This document shows, piece by piece, positions 1-13,482 of a stretch of 64,000 bases of DNA. The notes beneath the pieces were generated by a model. It had not been told where the DNA came from. It saw only the letters and a list, made by a program, of their open reading frames with translations, and did not search any database. The stretch spans positions 2,848,001-2,912,000 of the forward strand of contig CM000151.3 in NCBI GenBank assembly GCA_000004695.1. The letters are read 5' to 3'. A program made the translations under genes and the position numbers. Each line of letters opens with the position of its first letter. Position 1 is the first letter of the stretch. Source of the stretch: Dictyostelium discoideum. Its lineage: Eukaryota.

Positions 1-240
1 ATGATTTTTTTTTTTTTTTTAATAATTAATTAATTTTTTAATTTTTTTAATTTTTTAATAATACACTCATAAAAAAAAAAATTATCACTCAATAATAATT
101 AAAGTATAATTACATAAAAAAGATGGGATTTCGTTTTCATTTTTGGTGGCATCATAAAGGATCAAATAATAACTGTCCAGGTGGTGGTAATTATATTTAC
201 AATTATTTTAAAATTTCTTTTCTTAAACCCAAATTATTAA

Positions 241-295
<55 letters not shown>

Positions 296-300
296 TTTAT
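241..300. repeat. (ATT)n microsatellite
   Basis: About 20 perfect tandem ATT units read directly from the sequence. Confidence 0.9.
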
Positions 301-729
301 TTACTAATTTCTAGGAACTTCACACCCACCAAAATTCCCTCAATAAAAGTAATAATTTAAAAATTACATGCAAACAAAATATCCAATTTTAAATAATAAA
401 TTTTTATAAGTTACTCCAAATAATTTAAAATATTTTATTTTCTTTTTTAACAATAATACGCTATTCTTATTAGTATTGTTAGGACTTTTTTTTTTTTTTT
501 TTGTAAAGTTATTAAAAGTTGTTATAATTTATAGTTTAAGTTTGCAAAGTTTCAAATAAAAGAATATTCTTGTTTTAAAAAAATGATGAATTAGAAAATA
601 AAAAATATGTTTTTATGAATAAAAAAAAAAACAAAGAAAATAATTTAAAACACAATCTTTTTTTTTAGGGAACGCTTTTAATTTTTTTTATATTATATTT
701 TTTTATTATAGAACAAGAATTTAAATAAT

Positions 730-2628
730 TTAATCTAAATCTTCTTCAGTGGTTTTGGCACCAGAGAAGTTACCTGGGTTTTCACCACCTTGTTGACCGT
801 AAACTTTAGAGATGATTGGTGAACAAACAGCTTCTAAATCTTTCATGGCTTTTTCGTATTCTTCTTTAGTGGCAGAGTCGTTGGCATGTAACCAGTTGAT
901 GGCTTCATCGGATTTCTCTTCGACGGTCTTACGATCTTCTTTTGATAATTTGGCGGCGATCTTATCGTCTTTAATGGTGCTACGAACGGTGTAAGCGTAG
1001 TTTTCTAATTTGTTCTTTGATTCAACAACTTCACGTTGGGCTTCATCTTGAGCTTTGAACATTTCAGCATCTTTGACCATCTTTTCGATTTGTTCAGCAG
1101 TGAGTCTACCTTTATCGTTGGTGATGGTGATTTTGTGTTTGTTACCAGTGCTCTTATCTTCAGCAGAGACATTTAAGATACCGTTGGCATCGATATCGAA
1201 AGTAACTTCAATTTGTGGGACACCACGTGGAGCTGGTGGGATGTTGGTTAATTCGAATTTACCTAATAAGTTGTTATCACGAGTCATAGCACGTTCACCT
1301 TCGTAGACTTGAACTAAGACACCAGTTTGGTTATCAGAGTAGGTGGAGAAAGTTTGGTTCTTTTTGCATGGAATGGTAGTATTTCTTGGGATGAGGGTAG
1401 TCATGACACCACCGGCGGTTTCGAGACCCATTGATAATGGAGCAACATCTAATAATAAGATATCGGCAACTTTAGCACCACCTTCGTTGGAGAGAATGGC
1501 AGCTTGGACGGCAGCACCATAGGCAACGGCTTCATCTGGATTGATGGATTTGTTGAGTTCTTTACCGTTGAAATGATCTTGTAATAATTGTTGAACCTTT
1601 GGAATACGAGTTGAACCACCGACTAAGACGATTTCGTGAATGGTCTTCTTGTCTAATTTGGAGTCTTTTAAGACTTTGTCGACTGGGTCTAAACAACCAC
1701 GGAAGAGATCAGCGCATAATTCTTCGAAACGAGCTCTGGTGATTGAGGTGTAGAAATCAATACCTTCAAAGAGGGAATCAATTTCAATTGAAGCTTGAGC
1801 AGATGAAGATAAAGTTCTCTTGGCACGTTCACAAGCAGTTCTTAAACGACGGAGGGCACGTTGGTTGGTCATTAAGTCTTTCTTGTGTTTACGTTTGAAT
1901 TCATCGACAAAGTGGTTGACGAGACGGTTATCAAAATCTTCACCACCTAAATGGGTATCACCAGCGGTAGCTTTGACTTCAAAGACACCATCTTCAATGG
2001 TGAGGAGAGAAACATCGAATGTACCACCACCTAAATCGAAAATTAAGATGTTACGTTCACCTTGTGATTTCTTTTCGAGACCATAGGCAATAGCGGCGGC
2101 AGTTGGTTCATTGATAATACGTTGGACGTTTAATTTAGCGATGGCACCTGCATCTTTGGTGGCTTGACGTTGGCTATCGTTGAAATAAGCTGGAACGGTG
2201 ATAACGGCGTTGTTGATGGTTTTACCGAGGTAAGCTTCAGCGGTTTCTTTCATCTTTAAGAGAACCATTGAAGAGACTTCTTCTGGTGAGAAAGTTTTAA
2301 CTTCACCTTTGAATTCAACTTGGAGATGTGGTTTGTCACCTTCTTTGGCGATAACTTTGAATGGCCAATGTTTCATATCGGATTGGATAACTGGATCAGA
2401 GAATTTACGACCAATTAAACGTTTGGCATCAAAGATGGTGTTGGTTGGATTCATGGCAACTTGATTCTTAGCAGCATCACCAATTAAACGTTCAGTTTCG
2501 TTGAAAGCAACGTATGATGGGGTGGTTCTGTTACCTTGATCATTAGCAATGATTTCAACACGATCATTTTGCCAGACACCAACACATGAGTAAGTTGTAC
2601 CTAAATCAATACCAATAGAGGAAGACAT
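730..2628 (-). CDS. Hsp70-family chaperone (Hsc70 type), 632 aa, no intron
   Basis: Single minus-strand ORF. The N-terminus [12 protein letters not shown], the [10 protein letters not shown] ATPase motif and the substrate-binding domain are all present. The C-terminus is acidic (EEDLD) rather than canonical EEVD. The 632-aa length matches what I recall for Dictyostelium Hsc70-2 (hspE), but that symbol is not verified. Confidence 0.93.
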   Translation of the reverse strand: MSSSIGIDLGTTYSCVGVWQNDRVEIIANDQGNRTTPSYVAFNETERLIGDAAKNQVAMNPTNTIFDAKRLIGRKFSDPVIQSDMKHWPFKVIAKEGDKPHLQVEFKGEVKTFSPEEVSSMVLLKMKETAEAYLGKTINNAVITVPAYFNDSQRQATKDAGAIAKLNVQRIINEPTAAAIAYGLEKKSQGERNILIFDLGGGTFDVSLLTIEDGVFEVKATAGDTHLGGEDFDNRLVNHFVDEFKRKHKKDLMTNQRALRRLRTACERAKRTLSSSAQASIEIDSLFEGIDFYTSITRARFEELCADLFRGCLDPVDKVLKDSKLDKKTIHEIVLVGGSTRIPKVQQLLQDHFNGKELNKSINPDEAVAYGAAVQAAILSNEGGAKVADILLLDVAPLSMGLETAGGVMTTLIPRNTTIPCKKNQTFSTYSDNQTGVLVQVYEGERAMTRDNNLLGKFELTNIPPAPRGVPQIEVTFDIDANGILNVSAEDKSTGNKHKITITNDKGRLTAEQIEKMVKDAEMFKAQDEAQREVVESKNKLENYAYTVRSTIKDDKIAAKLSKEDRKTVEEKSDEAINWLHANDSATKEEYEKAMKDLEAVCSPIISKVYGQQGGENPGNFSGAKTTEEDLD

Positions 2629-2776
2629 TTTATATTACTTTAAATTTGTATAAAAAAAAGAATTAATATTTTGAGAAAAAAGATATTATATGATTTTTAA
2701 TTTGATTTAATTGATTTTTTTATTATATAAAAAAAAAAAAATTATTTTATAACTTTGTGATATATTTTAAAAATTA

Positions 2777-2811
<35 letters not shown>

Positions 2812-3915
2812 AACAATTGTGTTTAATTATTATATTATTTATTTAATAAGTGTTTTTTATTATTTTTTTGAATTGATAATATTTTTTTTTTTTTTTTTGT
2901 TTCTTATTTATATCCAAAATCAAAACTAAATTTTTTTTTTTTTTTTTTATTTATTTTTTTTTTTAAAAAAATATAGAGATAACATACTCTGTAAAATACT
3001 TTCGATGATTACACAAAATGAAAAAATAAAAAAAAATTACTTAAAAACTCCAAGACTCTCAGCATATTTTTTTTTAAAAAATTGAAAAAAATTAAATAAA
3101 ATTCAATAAAGACGAAAACGAACTTTCAAATTAAATATCATCAAATTTTCCCTCACTATTCCCCCAAATCTATTTATAAAATCGTTTTTTTTTAAATTTT
3201 ATTTTTTTTAATTTTTATTTTTTATTTTCAATTTTTTTTTTTTTTTCTCAAAAACTAAATATCCGAAAAAAAAAAAAAAAACGAAAGTGTTGTTTTGAAG
3301 TACCATTATTACGATTTTACTTTTTTTTAATAAAAAAAAAAAAAAACCGAACGAATTTCAAATGTGTAGAAAATTATTTAATAAAATAAATAAAAAGAAA
3401 AAAAAAATAAAAAATTAACTGATCACTTTTTTTTTTTTTAAAATTTATGATTTACTTTTTTAAATAAATAAAAAAAAAAAAAAAAATTAAATTTTTATCA
3501 TTCCAAAAATATATTTATAGGATAACTAAATAAAATTATCTTTTTTAAATGAGTTATTAACAAATAAAATTAATTATAATAAATAATTATCTTAATTAAA
3601 TATTTAGAGAAAAAAAAAAAAAAATAATAAAATAAAAGAATACAAAATAAAAAATATATCCTAATTTATCACTACCTCTCGGTGATTCTATTAAATTCTA
3701 AGGCTATCACCTTTTTTACTTTATTAAAATTATTTTTGTTTAATAAAAAAAAAAATATAAAAAAAAATAAAAAAATAAAAAAAAATAAAAAAAAAAATTC
3801 CTTCCAATATCATTTTTTTTTTTTTTTTTTTTAATTTTTTTTTTATTTAATTATTTTTTTTTTTTTTTTTCATTTATATATTTACAAAAAAATAAAAATA
3901 AAATAAAAAAATACA

Positions 3916-5363
<1,448 letters not shown>

Positions 5364-5797
5364 AATAAAAAAGATATAAAAAAAGAATAAAATTATTAAA
5401 AAACATGGAAATTTTTTTTTTTTTTTAAACATAGTTTAATTTAATTATTTTTTATTCATATTTTCTTTAACTTCTTAGAGTATTTTTAAGGAAAATAAGT
5501 ATCCTAATTTAAGGGAAAAAAAAAAAATTTTTGTATTTCTCTTTTTAAGACTAAGAATTCCGACAAAAATTTGAAACGAGTGGTTCCAATAATTTAGTGA
5601 GCTATATGGTCTTGTTTCGAGAAAATTTTGAAATGTGGATAGGTTAGGCTGCCATCCATGATCTGTAAATATTATCTCTGGATATTATATTCTTTACCTA
5701 CAATTTAATAATAATAATATAAAAAAAAAAAAGTTAGTCTTTTTTTTTATTTTTTTTATTTATTCTCGTAACAAAAACAAGTTTTTTTTTTTTTTTT

Positions 5798-5872
5798 TAG
5801 TCAGGTTAAAATTGTAAAAGTCATCTATCATAAGTTTCAGCTAATGTAGATAATTTGGATCATCATTTCAAA
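5798..5872 (-). ncRNA. Candidate box C/D snoRNA (copy A)
   Basis: Minus-strand reading gives 5' gaaATGATGA (C box, 5866..5860). A guide-like atctacattag of about 19 nt follows, then CTGA (D' box, 5840..5837), then TGATAGA (C'-like), then CTGA (D box, 5804..5801). The candidate lies in an intergenic GC-richer patch. A near-identical copy sits 300 bp downstream. Confidence 0.5.
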
Positions 5873-6093
5873 AAAAAAAAAAAAAAAATAATTATAAAAA
5901 ATAAAACAAACAATAGCTAAACTTACATAGTTAAGATATAAATAAATCCTATTTACATTGTAAATTAAATAAAATGCTACACAAAAAAAAAATAAAAAAA
6001 AATAAAAAAAAAATAAAAAAAGTTAGTTTTTGTGATTTTTTTTTTTTTTTTTTTTTTTTGTATTTCGTTTGATATTTTAAATGATTGATTGAT

Positions 6094-6168
6094 TGAATCA
6101 GTTGTAATTTTTAAGAATCGTCTATCATAAGTTTCAGCTAATGTAGATATTTGGGTCATCATTTTATA
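6094..6168 (-). ncRNA. Candidate box C/D snoRNA (copy B, paralog of 5798-5872)
   Basis: Same architecture as copy A: ATGATGA at 6162..6156, D' CTGA at 6137..6134, C'-like TGATAGA, D CTGA at 6101..6098. About 45 nt from the C box through the D' box are nearly identical to copy A (tctatcataagtttcagctaatgtagata). The flanks and the second guide region diverge. Confidence 0.5.
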
Positions 6169-6352
6169 ACCAATCTTTTTTTTTTTTTTTTTTTTTTGAA
6201 CGAAATAATTATAAATATAAATACTTACAAGCAACGGTTTATTTTGGAAGTAAACTAAAATGCAAAATGAATTTTTTTTTTTTTTTTTATGGCAACAAAA
6301 CTTTTTAAAAAAAAAAAAAAAAAGTAAAAAATAAAAACACAGGCAAAAATTT

Positions 6353-6386
<34 letters not shown>

Positions 6387-6786
6387 AATTAAAACAAAAT
6401 ATTTTTTTTGTCACATTGTTTATATTATCTTATTTATTTATTTATTTTTTCCCCTTCATTTCCTTTTTTATTTGGATTTTTCTATTTGCTTTGGTTTAAA
6501 AAAGTTTCCTTTTTTTTTATTTGGATTTTTTTTATTTTTATTTATTTTTTTTTTTTTAAAAATTTATTTTATTTTTTTCTTTGGTGTTTGTTAATGTAAT
6601 CACCAAAAAGAGAACTCGAATTAATTCCTTATCAATTTTATTATTATTTTTTTTTTTTCTTTTTTTATTTTTTATTTTTTTATTTTTTCATTTTAATTTT
6701 TTTTTTTTTAATTTTTTTTTATTTATTTGGACGGAGAGAGATAAAGATAGAGAGAGAGATAGAGGGATAGAGATATATATGTTTAA

Positions 6787-6814
6787 ATGACTGATCACAG
6801 TAATAATTCAACAG

Positions 6815-6884
<70 letters not shown>

Positions 6885-7242
6885 TAATAATAGTAATAAT
6901 AATAATAGTAACAACAACAATAATAATAATAGTACTAATAATAGTAATACCAATACAAATGTTTTATCACAAGAATTATTAGATATATTAAATTCATTAG
7001 CCGATACATTTATAAATGAGTCAAATTATTCTTCTTTTGAAGATTTGTTTATGTCAATAGAGGAAGCGTATTGGTATTACATCGATATACATTTGATTCA
7101 AAATACTAGGTTACCAAAACCTGATTTACAAAATTTTGCGGAAATGAGTAAGTTCTTCATTTTCATTTTCATTTTAATTTTTTTTTATTTTTTTTTTTTA
7201 TTACTGTGTAATATATTTTTATTTTATAATTCCAATCAATTG

Positions 7243-7296
<54 letters not shown>

Positions 7297-8263
7297 AAAA
7301 TAAATTAAATAAAAGTATTACAAAATAATGAAAGATTATTACCATTTCATACAGCATTATTAAATACATCAACTTATAGTGGTATGGTTAAAAAATTTGA
7401 AGTATTCAAAAGATTAATACCGAAATATGGTGCAATTATATTAAATAAAGATATGAGTAAAGTTGTATTGGTTAAAGAACAATGGTGGGGATGGGGTTTT
7501 CCAAAAGGTAAAGGTAAAGAGGGTGAAACTGAAACTCAAAGTGCATCAAGAGAAGTATTTGAAGAGATTGGTTTCGACATTTCATCTTATATAAAAAAAG
7601 ATGCATTCATTCAAAAAGAAAGTCATGGTGTAATTAAAAAATTTTTCATTTGTGTTGGTGTTGATGAATTAACTGATTTTGAAACTCATACAAGATATGA
7701 AATTAGTGTAATGTATTAAATAATTAAATATAATAATATTAATAAATAAAATATTAATATATGTATATTTATTTAAATATAGAGAATTAAATGGCATTTA
7801 ATTGATGATTTACCATTATTTCATAGTAGACAATCACACCAATTTGCAGCTATTATATCATATGTTAAACCATTAATAGCATGGATCGATAATAAAAGAA
7901 TGGAGAATGGTTTAGAACCAATTCATAGAACCAATTCCAATAATAATGAAGGTGGTAATATAGGTGATTTCTCATTTAAATACAAATGGACACCACAAAA
8001 AAACAAAATTAAAAATACTCAACAACATCATCAACAACAAATTCCAGAGGATGATAACGAAATCATTTTAAGTAATGAAGTTGAAAGTATTCAATTATCA
8101 CAGTATATCGATGAGTTTAAATCATTTCTAAATGAGAAACAATCATTATCAACTAGTGGTAATAATACTCCTAAATTAAATTCAAATTTATCTAAGAAAA
8201 TTGAACAACAACAACAGCAACAACAACAACAACATCCACAACAACAAAATCAAAATCAATATC

Positions 8264-8351
<88 letters not shown>

Positions 8352-8847
8352 GCAACAACATCAACAACAAAATCAATATCAGCAACATCAGCATCCACAA
8401 CACAGCAACAACAATAACAACAATAACAATCAACAATTATATCTTCCAAGCTATCAACAACAACAAAATATTCAAAATCAACAAAATTTTCAAAATCAAT
8501 TATTAAACTTTAATAATCAACAACAAAACTTTCAAAATCAATTACGACAACAAAACTTTCAGAACCAACAACAAAACTATCACCAAAATCAGCCAAACTT
8601 TCAAAACCAACAACAACAACCAAACTTTCAAAACCAACAACAACTAAACTTTCAAAACCAACAACAGCAACAAAACTTTCAGAATCAAATGCAAAACTTT
8701 CAAAACCAACAACAAAACTTCCAAAACCAACAACAAAACTTTCAAAACCAAAATCAACAACAACAACAAAACTTCCAAAATCAACAACAAAATTTTCAAA
8801 ACCAACAAAGATTTATGCACCAACAACAATATCAACAATATAAATAA
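6787..8847 (+). CDS. dcp2: mRNA-decapping enzyme subunit 2 (Dcp2) homolog: Box A plus Nudix hydrolase, long Q/N-rich C-terminus; 3 exons (6787..7147; 7355..7707, or alternatively from 7315; 7783..8847)
   Basis: Exon 1 carries a Box A-like motif (MSIEEAYWYYIDIHL, compare Dcp2 QIEEAHWFYEDF) after a poly-N N-terminus. The exon-1 donor is GTAAGT at 7148. Exon 2 carries the Nudix box GWGFPKGKGKEGETETQSASREVFEEIGF. Upstream of it is FEVFKRLIPKYGAIILNKD, matching yeast Dcp2 FNEYKKRVPVRGAIILNED. The exon-2 donor is GTAATG at 7708 and the acceptor tatag at 7781-7782. Exon 3 begins RIKWHLIDDLPLF, matching the Dcp2 KIEWHLLMDLP region, and is in frame with the 7900 ORF. The intron-1 acceptor is ambiguous: acag at 7353-7354 or aaag at 7313-7314. 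Both are in frame. Confidence 0.8.
8213..8350. repeat. (CAA)n microsatellite encoding polyQ inside dcp2 exon 3
   Basis: Long near-perfect CAA run, followed by 13 imperfect copies of a repeat encoding QQQNFQNQ. Confidence 0.9.
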
Positions 8848-8938
8848 AATTAAAAACTTTTGTAAATAAAATTAAAAGTAAAATAATATATATGTTTATA
8901 TATTCATTTATTTTATATATTATTAAGTAAAATTATAC

Positions 8939-8970
<32 letters not shown>

Positions 8971-9064
8971 TTGTAAAAATATTATTATCATAAACTATTT
9001 TTATTATTAGGAAAAGTATACATCTAAAACAATTTTACATTGCTTTTTTTTTTTTTTATTATTA

Positions 9065-9134
<70 letters not shown>

Positions 9135-9156
9135 AAGTTAAATACTAAAGATTAAT

Positions 9157-9799
9157 TTAGTTTCCACCTTTATCTTCACACCATTCATTTTCTTTTCTAA
9201 TTTGTTCTTCTTCTTCTGGGGTAAAATCATTTTTAATATTGAAAATCTTTCTAATTTCTTCTGGGGTTTTGCCTCTAATCATGTTGGCAACTGTTTTACA
9301 GGTAACATCTAATAATGGTTTAATATCCAAATAGTTGGCAGCCAAGATTAATTCGAATAAGGTTGGTTGATCGACTTTACAGAAATCTCTATCATATGGT
9401 GGGATATCATCTAATCTCTTTTCATCCTTTTTATCGTCACCTTGTGGTGATGGATGTTGGTGGTGGTGTCTGCAATAGTCAAGAACTTTTTCTAAAATAG
9501 TGGAAGTAACATTTGGTAATGGAATTGGGGCGTCTGATTCACCGATATCTAAAATAAATAAATAAAAAAAAAGAATATTAATATTTTTCCGAATTATTTT
9601 TTATTTTTGTGTGTGTGTGTTTATTTGATTTTTTATTTTTATTTTTATTTTTATTTTTTTATTTTTATTTTATTTATTTATTTTTTTTGTTTAATTACAT
9701 ACCTTCAATCATATTCTTGATTGTAACAGACATACAAGCGATTTCTTTTTCAATCTCAAAGACTTTTTCATCTGATGATTCTAATTTTACTAATGACAT
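9157..9799 (-). CDS. fpaB: SCF ubiquitin-ligase subunit Skp1 (162 aa); 2 exons (9703..9799 and 9157..9548)
   Basis: Exon 1 encodes [32 protein letters not shown] and ends in phase 1 at a GTATGT donor. Exon 2 follows a ttttag acceptor and begins [23 protein letters not shown]. The C-terminus [27 protein letters not shown] is identical to Dictyostelium Skp1 and includes the Pro143 hydroxylation/glycosylation site. Residue 39 is Ala. As I recall, that corresponds to Skp1B (fpaB) rather than Skp1A, which has Ser39. The A/B assignment is the weaker part of this call. Confidence 0.9.
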
Positions 9800-10532
9800 T
9801 ATATTTTAAAAAGTGTGTATTGCTTTATTGGGACACTGGAATTTATATGAAAGATTTTTTTCAAATTGAAATTATTTTTAAAAAATAAAAAAAAAACTTT
9901 TTTTTAAAAAAAAATTAATTTATTTTTAAAAAAAAAAAAAAAAAATTAAAAAATAGAAAAAAAATAGAAAAAAAAAAAAAAAAAAAAGTTAGGCATCATC
10001 GTCATAAAATATCTTTAAAAAAATTTCAACGAAATTTTTTCTTCATTTCCTCTAGTTTATTTTCTTTTAATTTTCTTTTTAACATTAGTAATTAAAAATC
10101 CAATGACATTTTATTTCTTTGTTTTAAAAAAAAACAATTAAAAAAAAAAAATAACTAAATGAGATAAAAAAAAAAAAAAAAAAGTATAAAAAATAATTAA
10201 ATCAACAGATAAAGATTTAAAAATAAAAAAATTTGAAAATAGAAAAAAAAATAGAAATGTAAAAAAAAGGAAAAAAACCAAAAAAAAAAATAAAGTAAAT
10301 ATTTATCTTCACAAATATCTTAAAATTTTATTTGTTCCTAAATTAGAAAAAAAAATAAAAAAATAAAAAATATAATAAAATAAAATAAAACAAAATAAAA
10401 AATTTTAAAAAAAAATTATAAATTGACCACATCAAAATAATAAAAATGCAAAAAAGAAATTACAAAAAAAAAAAAAGAAAAAGTAAAAAAATAAAAAAAG
10501 AAACCCTAATTATTTGTAATATTATAAAAAAT

Positions 10533-10590
10533 TGCTAAATGGGGAAATGTTTGGAATGTGATCTCAATTTTCACATTATTTTTTTATTTT
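10533..10590 (+). other. Conserved hairpin element, copy 1 (possible small ncRNA or regulatory element)
   Basis: Sequence ctaaATGGgGAAAtGTtTGGAATGTGAtctcaatttTCACATT followed by a T run. There is a 7-bp inverted repeat AATGTGA/TCACATT with a 9-nt loop. A homologous copy lies at 11165-11225. Confidence 0.3.
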
Positions 10591-11164
10591 TTTTTTCTAA
10601 TCATTTTTTAATTATAAATATGTTATGACCTCAATAATTTTCATTCAATAACATTTCTACAATTTTAAGAATAATCTTAAATCTCAGAATTAATTTTATT
10701 ATGGCAGTTCATAATTCAAGCCATATCATTAATAGCAATTAGTTATTACCAAAATCTCAAAAAATGATGTTTTTTTTTTTTATTTAATTAAATGATCATC
10801 AAAAATAATTAAAAAATAAAAGATTAGTATTTAAAATAGTATTTTATTTTAAAGAATTCTAAAACCATCATTATTTGTATTTAGATCTAATAATTTTATT
10901 TTTCCAAACGAAGGGTCATTTTATTTATTTCAAAAAAAAAAAAAAAAAAAGTGGACAAATAAAATAATCATCAAAAAAAAAAAATAAAAAAAAAATAAAA
11001 AAAAAATAAAAATGGACAAATAAAACAAAGATATAAAAAAATAAAATAAAAAATAAAACAAAAAACAAAAAAAAAAAGTAAAAAATATAAAAAGACACCC
11101 CCCAATCATATCCAATATATTATTATTTTTACTAAATATATTTTTTTTTTTTTTTTTTAAAAAA

Positions 11165-11225
11165 ATACTAAAATGGACGAAAGTGTGGAATGTGTGTGAT
11201 GCTCAGTTTTCACACAATTTTTTAT
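11165..11225 (+). other. Conserved hairpin element, copy 2
   Basis: Sequence ctaaaATGGacGAAAgtGTGGAATGTGTGTGAtgctcagtttTCACACAATT followed by a T run. It has the same leader as copy 1 plus a 10-bp stem with one bulge and a 10-nt loop. Confidence 0.3.
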
Positions 11226-11895
11226 TATTATTTTTTTTTATTGTTTTTTTTTTTTTTTTTATTATTTTTTATTTTTTTTTTTTTTATTATTTTTTTTTAA
11301 TTTTTATTATTTTTTTTTAATTTTATTTTTTTTTTATTTTTTTTATATTTTTTTTTAAATTTATTTTTTTAATTTTTATTTTTGTTTTTTTTTTATTATT
11401 AAATAATTTTTTTTTTTTCATTTTGGTTATTATTTTGGGTAAACTCATTCAAATTTATAACTCTTAATTTTATTATTTAATAATTATTTTTATAACAATA
11501 TTGTTCATTCAGAAGATAATGTAAGGATAAAAATAGAAAATTAGTATTTTTTTTATTTTTTTTTATTTTTTTTATTTATTTTTGGTGTTTCCATTTTGGG
11601 TTCGAACGAAAAAGGTTTTTTTTGAATTAAAATTTTTTTTAATTTTTTTTTTTTTTTTTAATTTTGGAATGGATAACAATCGCACGAGTGGCTATTTTTA
11701 ACCCATTTTTTTAAAATTTTTATAAAATATCCTATTAGAAAAAAAAAAAAAAAAAAAAATTCAAAAAAAAAAAATTTATCTTCTCATTTTTTTTTTTTTT
11801 AAAATTTTTCTTTTTTATTTTTATAGCTATTAATTATATATTATTTTTTTTTTTATATAAAAAAAACTTTATTAAAAAAAAAAAAAAAAACTAAA

Positions 11896-12140
11896 ATGTC
11901 ACCAAGACCAGAGAGTATCAAGAAAGTAATGGATGTATTAGGTGATTTTAATCCATCAGAAGATAAAATTAAGAAAACATTGGGTATAGACGAAGATGAA
12001 ATGAGGATGATTAACGAAGAGAAAAACACCGTAATTTCACCAGCAAAAGATAGAATCCCAATAAATAGAAAATTAACTAAAAAAGCTCAAGATACATTAG
12101 GAATTAATTTATCAAAAGAAAAAGTAAATTATAAATTTTT

Positions 12141-12198
<58 letters not shown>

Positions 12199-12720
12199 AA
12201 AAAAAAGAGTAATAAAGATTTTTTAACAATTTTAATATTTTTTATTATTATTATTATTTTTTTTTTTTTTAATAATATTTAAAAGTTAATGGATGTTTTA
12301 GGAGTTGATGAAAATACAATAAATTGTGCAGCATCAGAAGAGAGTGAACATAAAGAGAATAAAATCAAATTAAAAAGAGAGAATTCAATTACAACAAATA
12401 AAAGATCATTACAAAAAGCACTTTCAAAAATGGGTATAGATGCATCATCTGTAAAATTAACAAGAACCTTGGGTGTCCCTAAAAATGAGCTACCAAATCC
12501 ATCAAACAAAGATACTACCTTCAAATCTTCATCATTACAATTTTTATTTTTTATAGCAGTTGGTATACTTTTAATTGCATTGGCTTTTATTTTAAAACAA
12601 AGAGGAAATATAATGAATTTTAAAAATATTATGCAACAACAACTACAACAACAACAACCATCTCATACTCAATTTAATACAAATCAACATCATCACCACC
12701 ATCATCATTTTGATAATTAA
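11896..12720 (+). CDS. Hypothetical C-terminally membrane-anchored protein with repeated short (D/T)LGI(D/N) motifs and a His7 tail; proposed 2 exons (11896..12123 and 12286..12720)
   Basis: ORF 1 ends ..SKEK and then reads through a GTAAAT donor into poly-K, which looks non-coding. An acceptor aaaag at 12284-12285 joins in phase 0 to the second ORF (LMDVLGVDENT..). Both halves repeat a KKxMDVLG / TLGI motif. One predicted transmembrane helix is FLFFIAVGILLIALAFIL. There is no recognisable homolog. Confidence 0.4.
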
Positions 12721-13363
12721 AATTTTAATTTAATCCTTTTCCTTCTCCCTCCCTTCCTTTTTTTTTTTTTCTAGTTCCTTTTTATTAAAATTATTGATTT
12801 TATATAATAATATTAATTAATAATTAATAATATAATTAATAACAATAACAACAAAACAATAGTAATAATAATAATAACCAAACAACACATTTTAACAATC
12901 AATGGTTTCAAACCAATTGTATCATTTTCAGACCTAATTGTATATATTTTTTATAGAAGACCTAATTGTATAATTTTCTTTTTTTTTTTTTTTTCTTTTT
13001 TTTTTTTTGATTTAAAAAATAAAATAAATAAAACACTAAATATTTCCATAACGATAAGAATTTTTTTTTTTTTTTTTTTTTTTTAATTTATTAATAATAA
13101 GATTTAATTTATTTTATTCTAAATAATTTTTTTAAATTGTTTGAAATATCTAAAATAAAATAGATTTGTAATTGGAAAGTTTTAGAATTAATGTTGGAAT
13201 TAATCTTCCAAATAAACTAAAATTATAACTTTTTTTTTCTTTTTTCTTAATTCATTTAAATTTAAAGATTCACATACACAACAGAATAGGTTTAGGAGAC
13301 ATATATACAAAATTTTATTTTATTATTATTTATTATATTTTTTTTTCTAAAAGTTATTAAATT

Positions 13364-13442
13364 TTATTGTTCTTTATAATCGGAGATACCATCACTGTAA
13401 ATACCAAAAGGCTAAATAATAAAATAAAAAGTTAGTGAATTG

Positions 13443-13482
<40 letters not shown>

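Noticed and set aside
812-2086. Plus-strand ORFs of 60-88 aa
   Set aside because: They lie antisense inside the Hsc70 coding region.
2640-3400. Heat-shock-element-like GAA/TTC clusters upstream of Hsc70 (e.g. GAAAACGAACTTTC at about 3113-3127)
   Set aside because: The spacing is not the canonical contiguous nGAAnnTTCn array. In 85 percent AT DNA such matches occur by chance.
11575-11600. tRNA-like T-loop sequence GGGTTCGAACGAAAA
   Set aside because: Only the TTCGAAC core is present. No acceptor, D or anticodon arms can be built around it, and the flanking stem would be 4 A-T pairs. This is not a tRNA gene.
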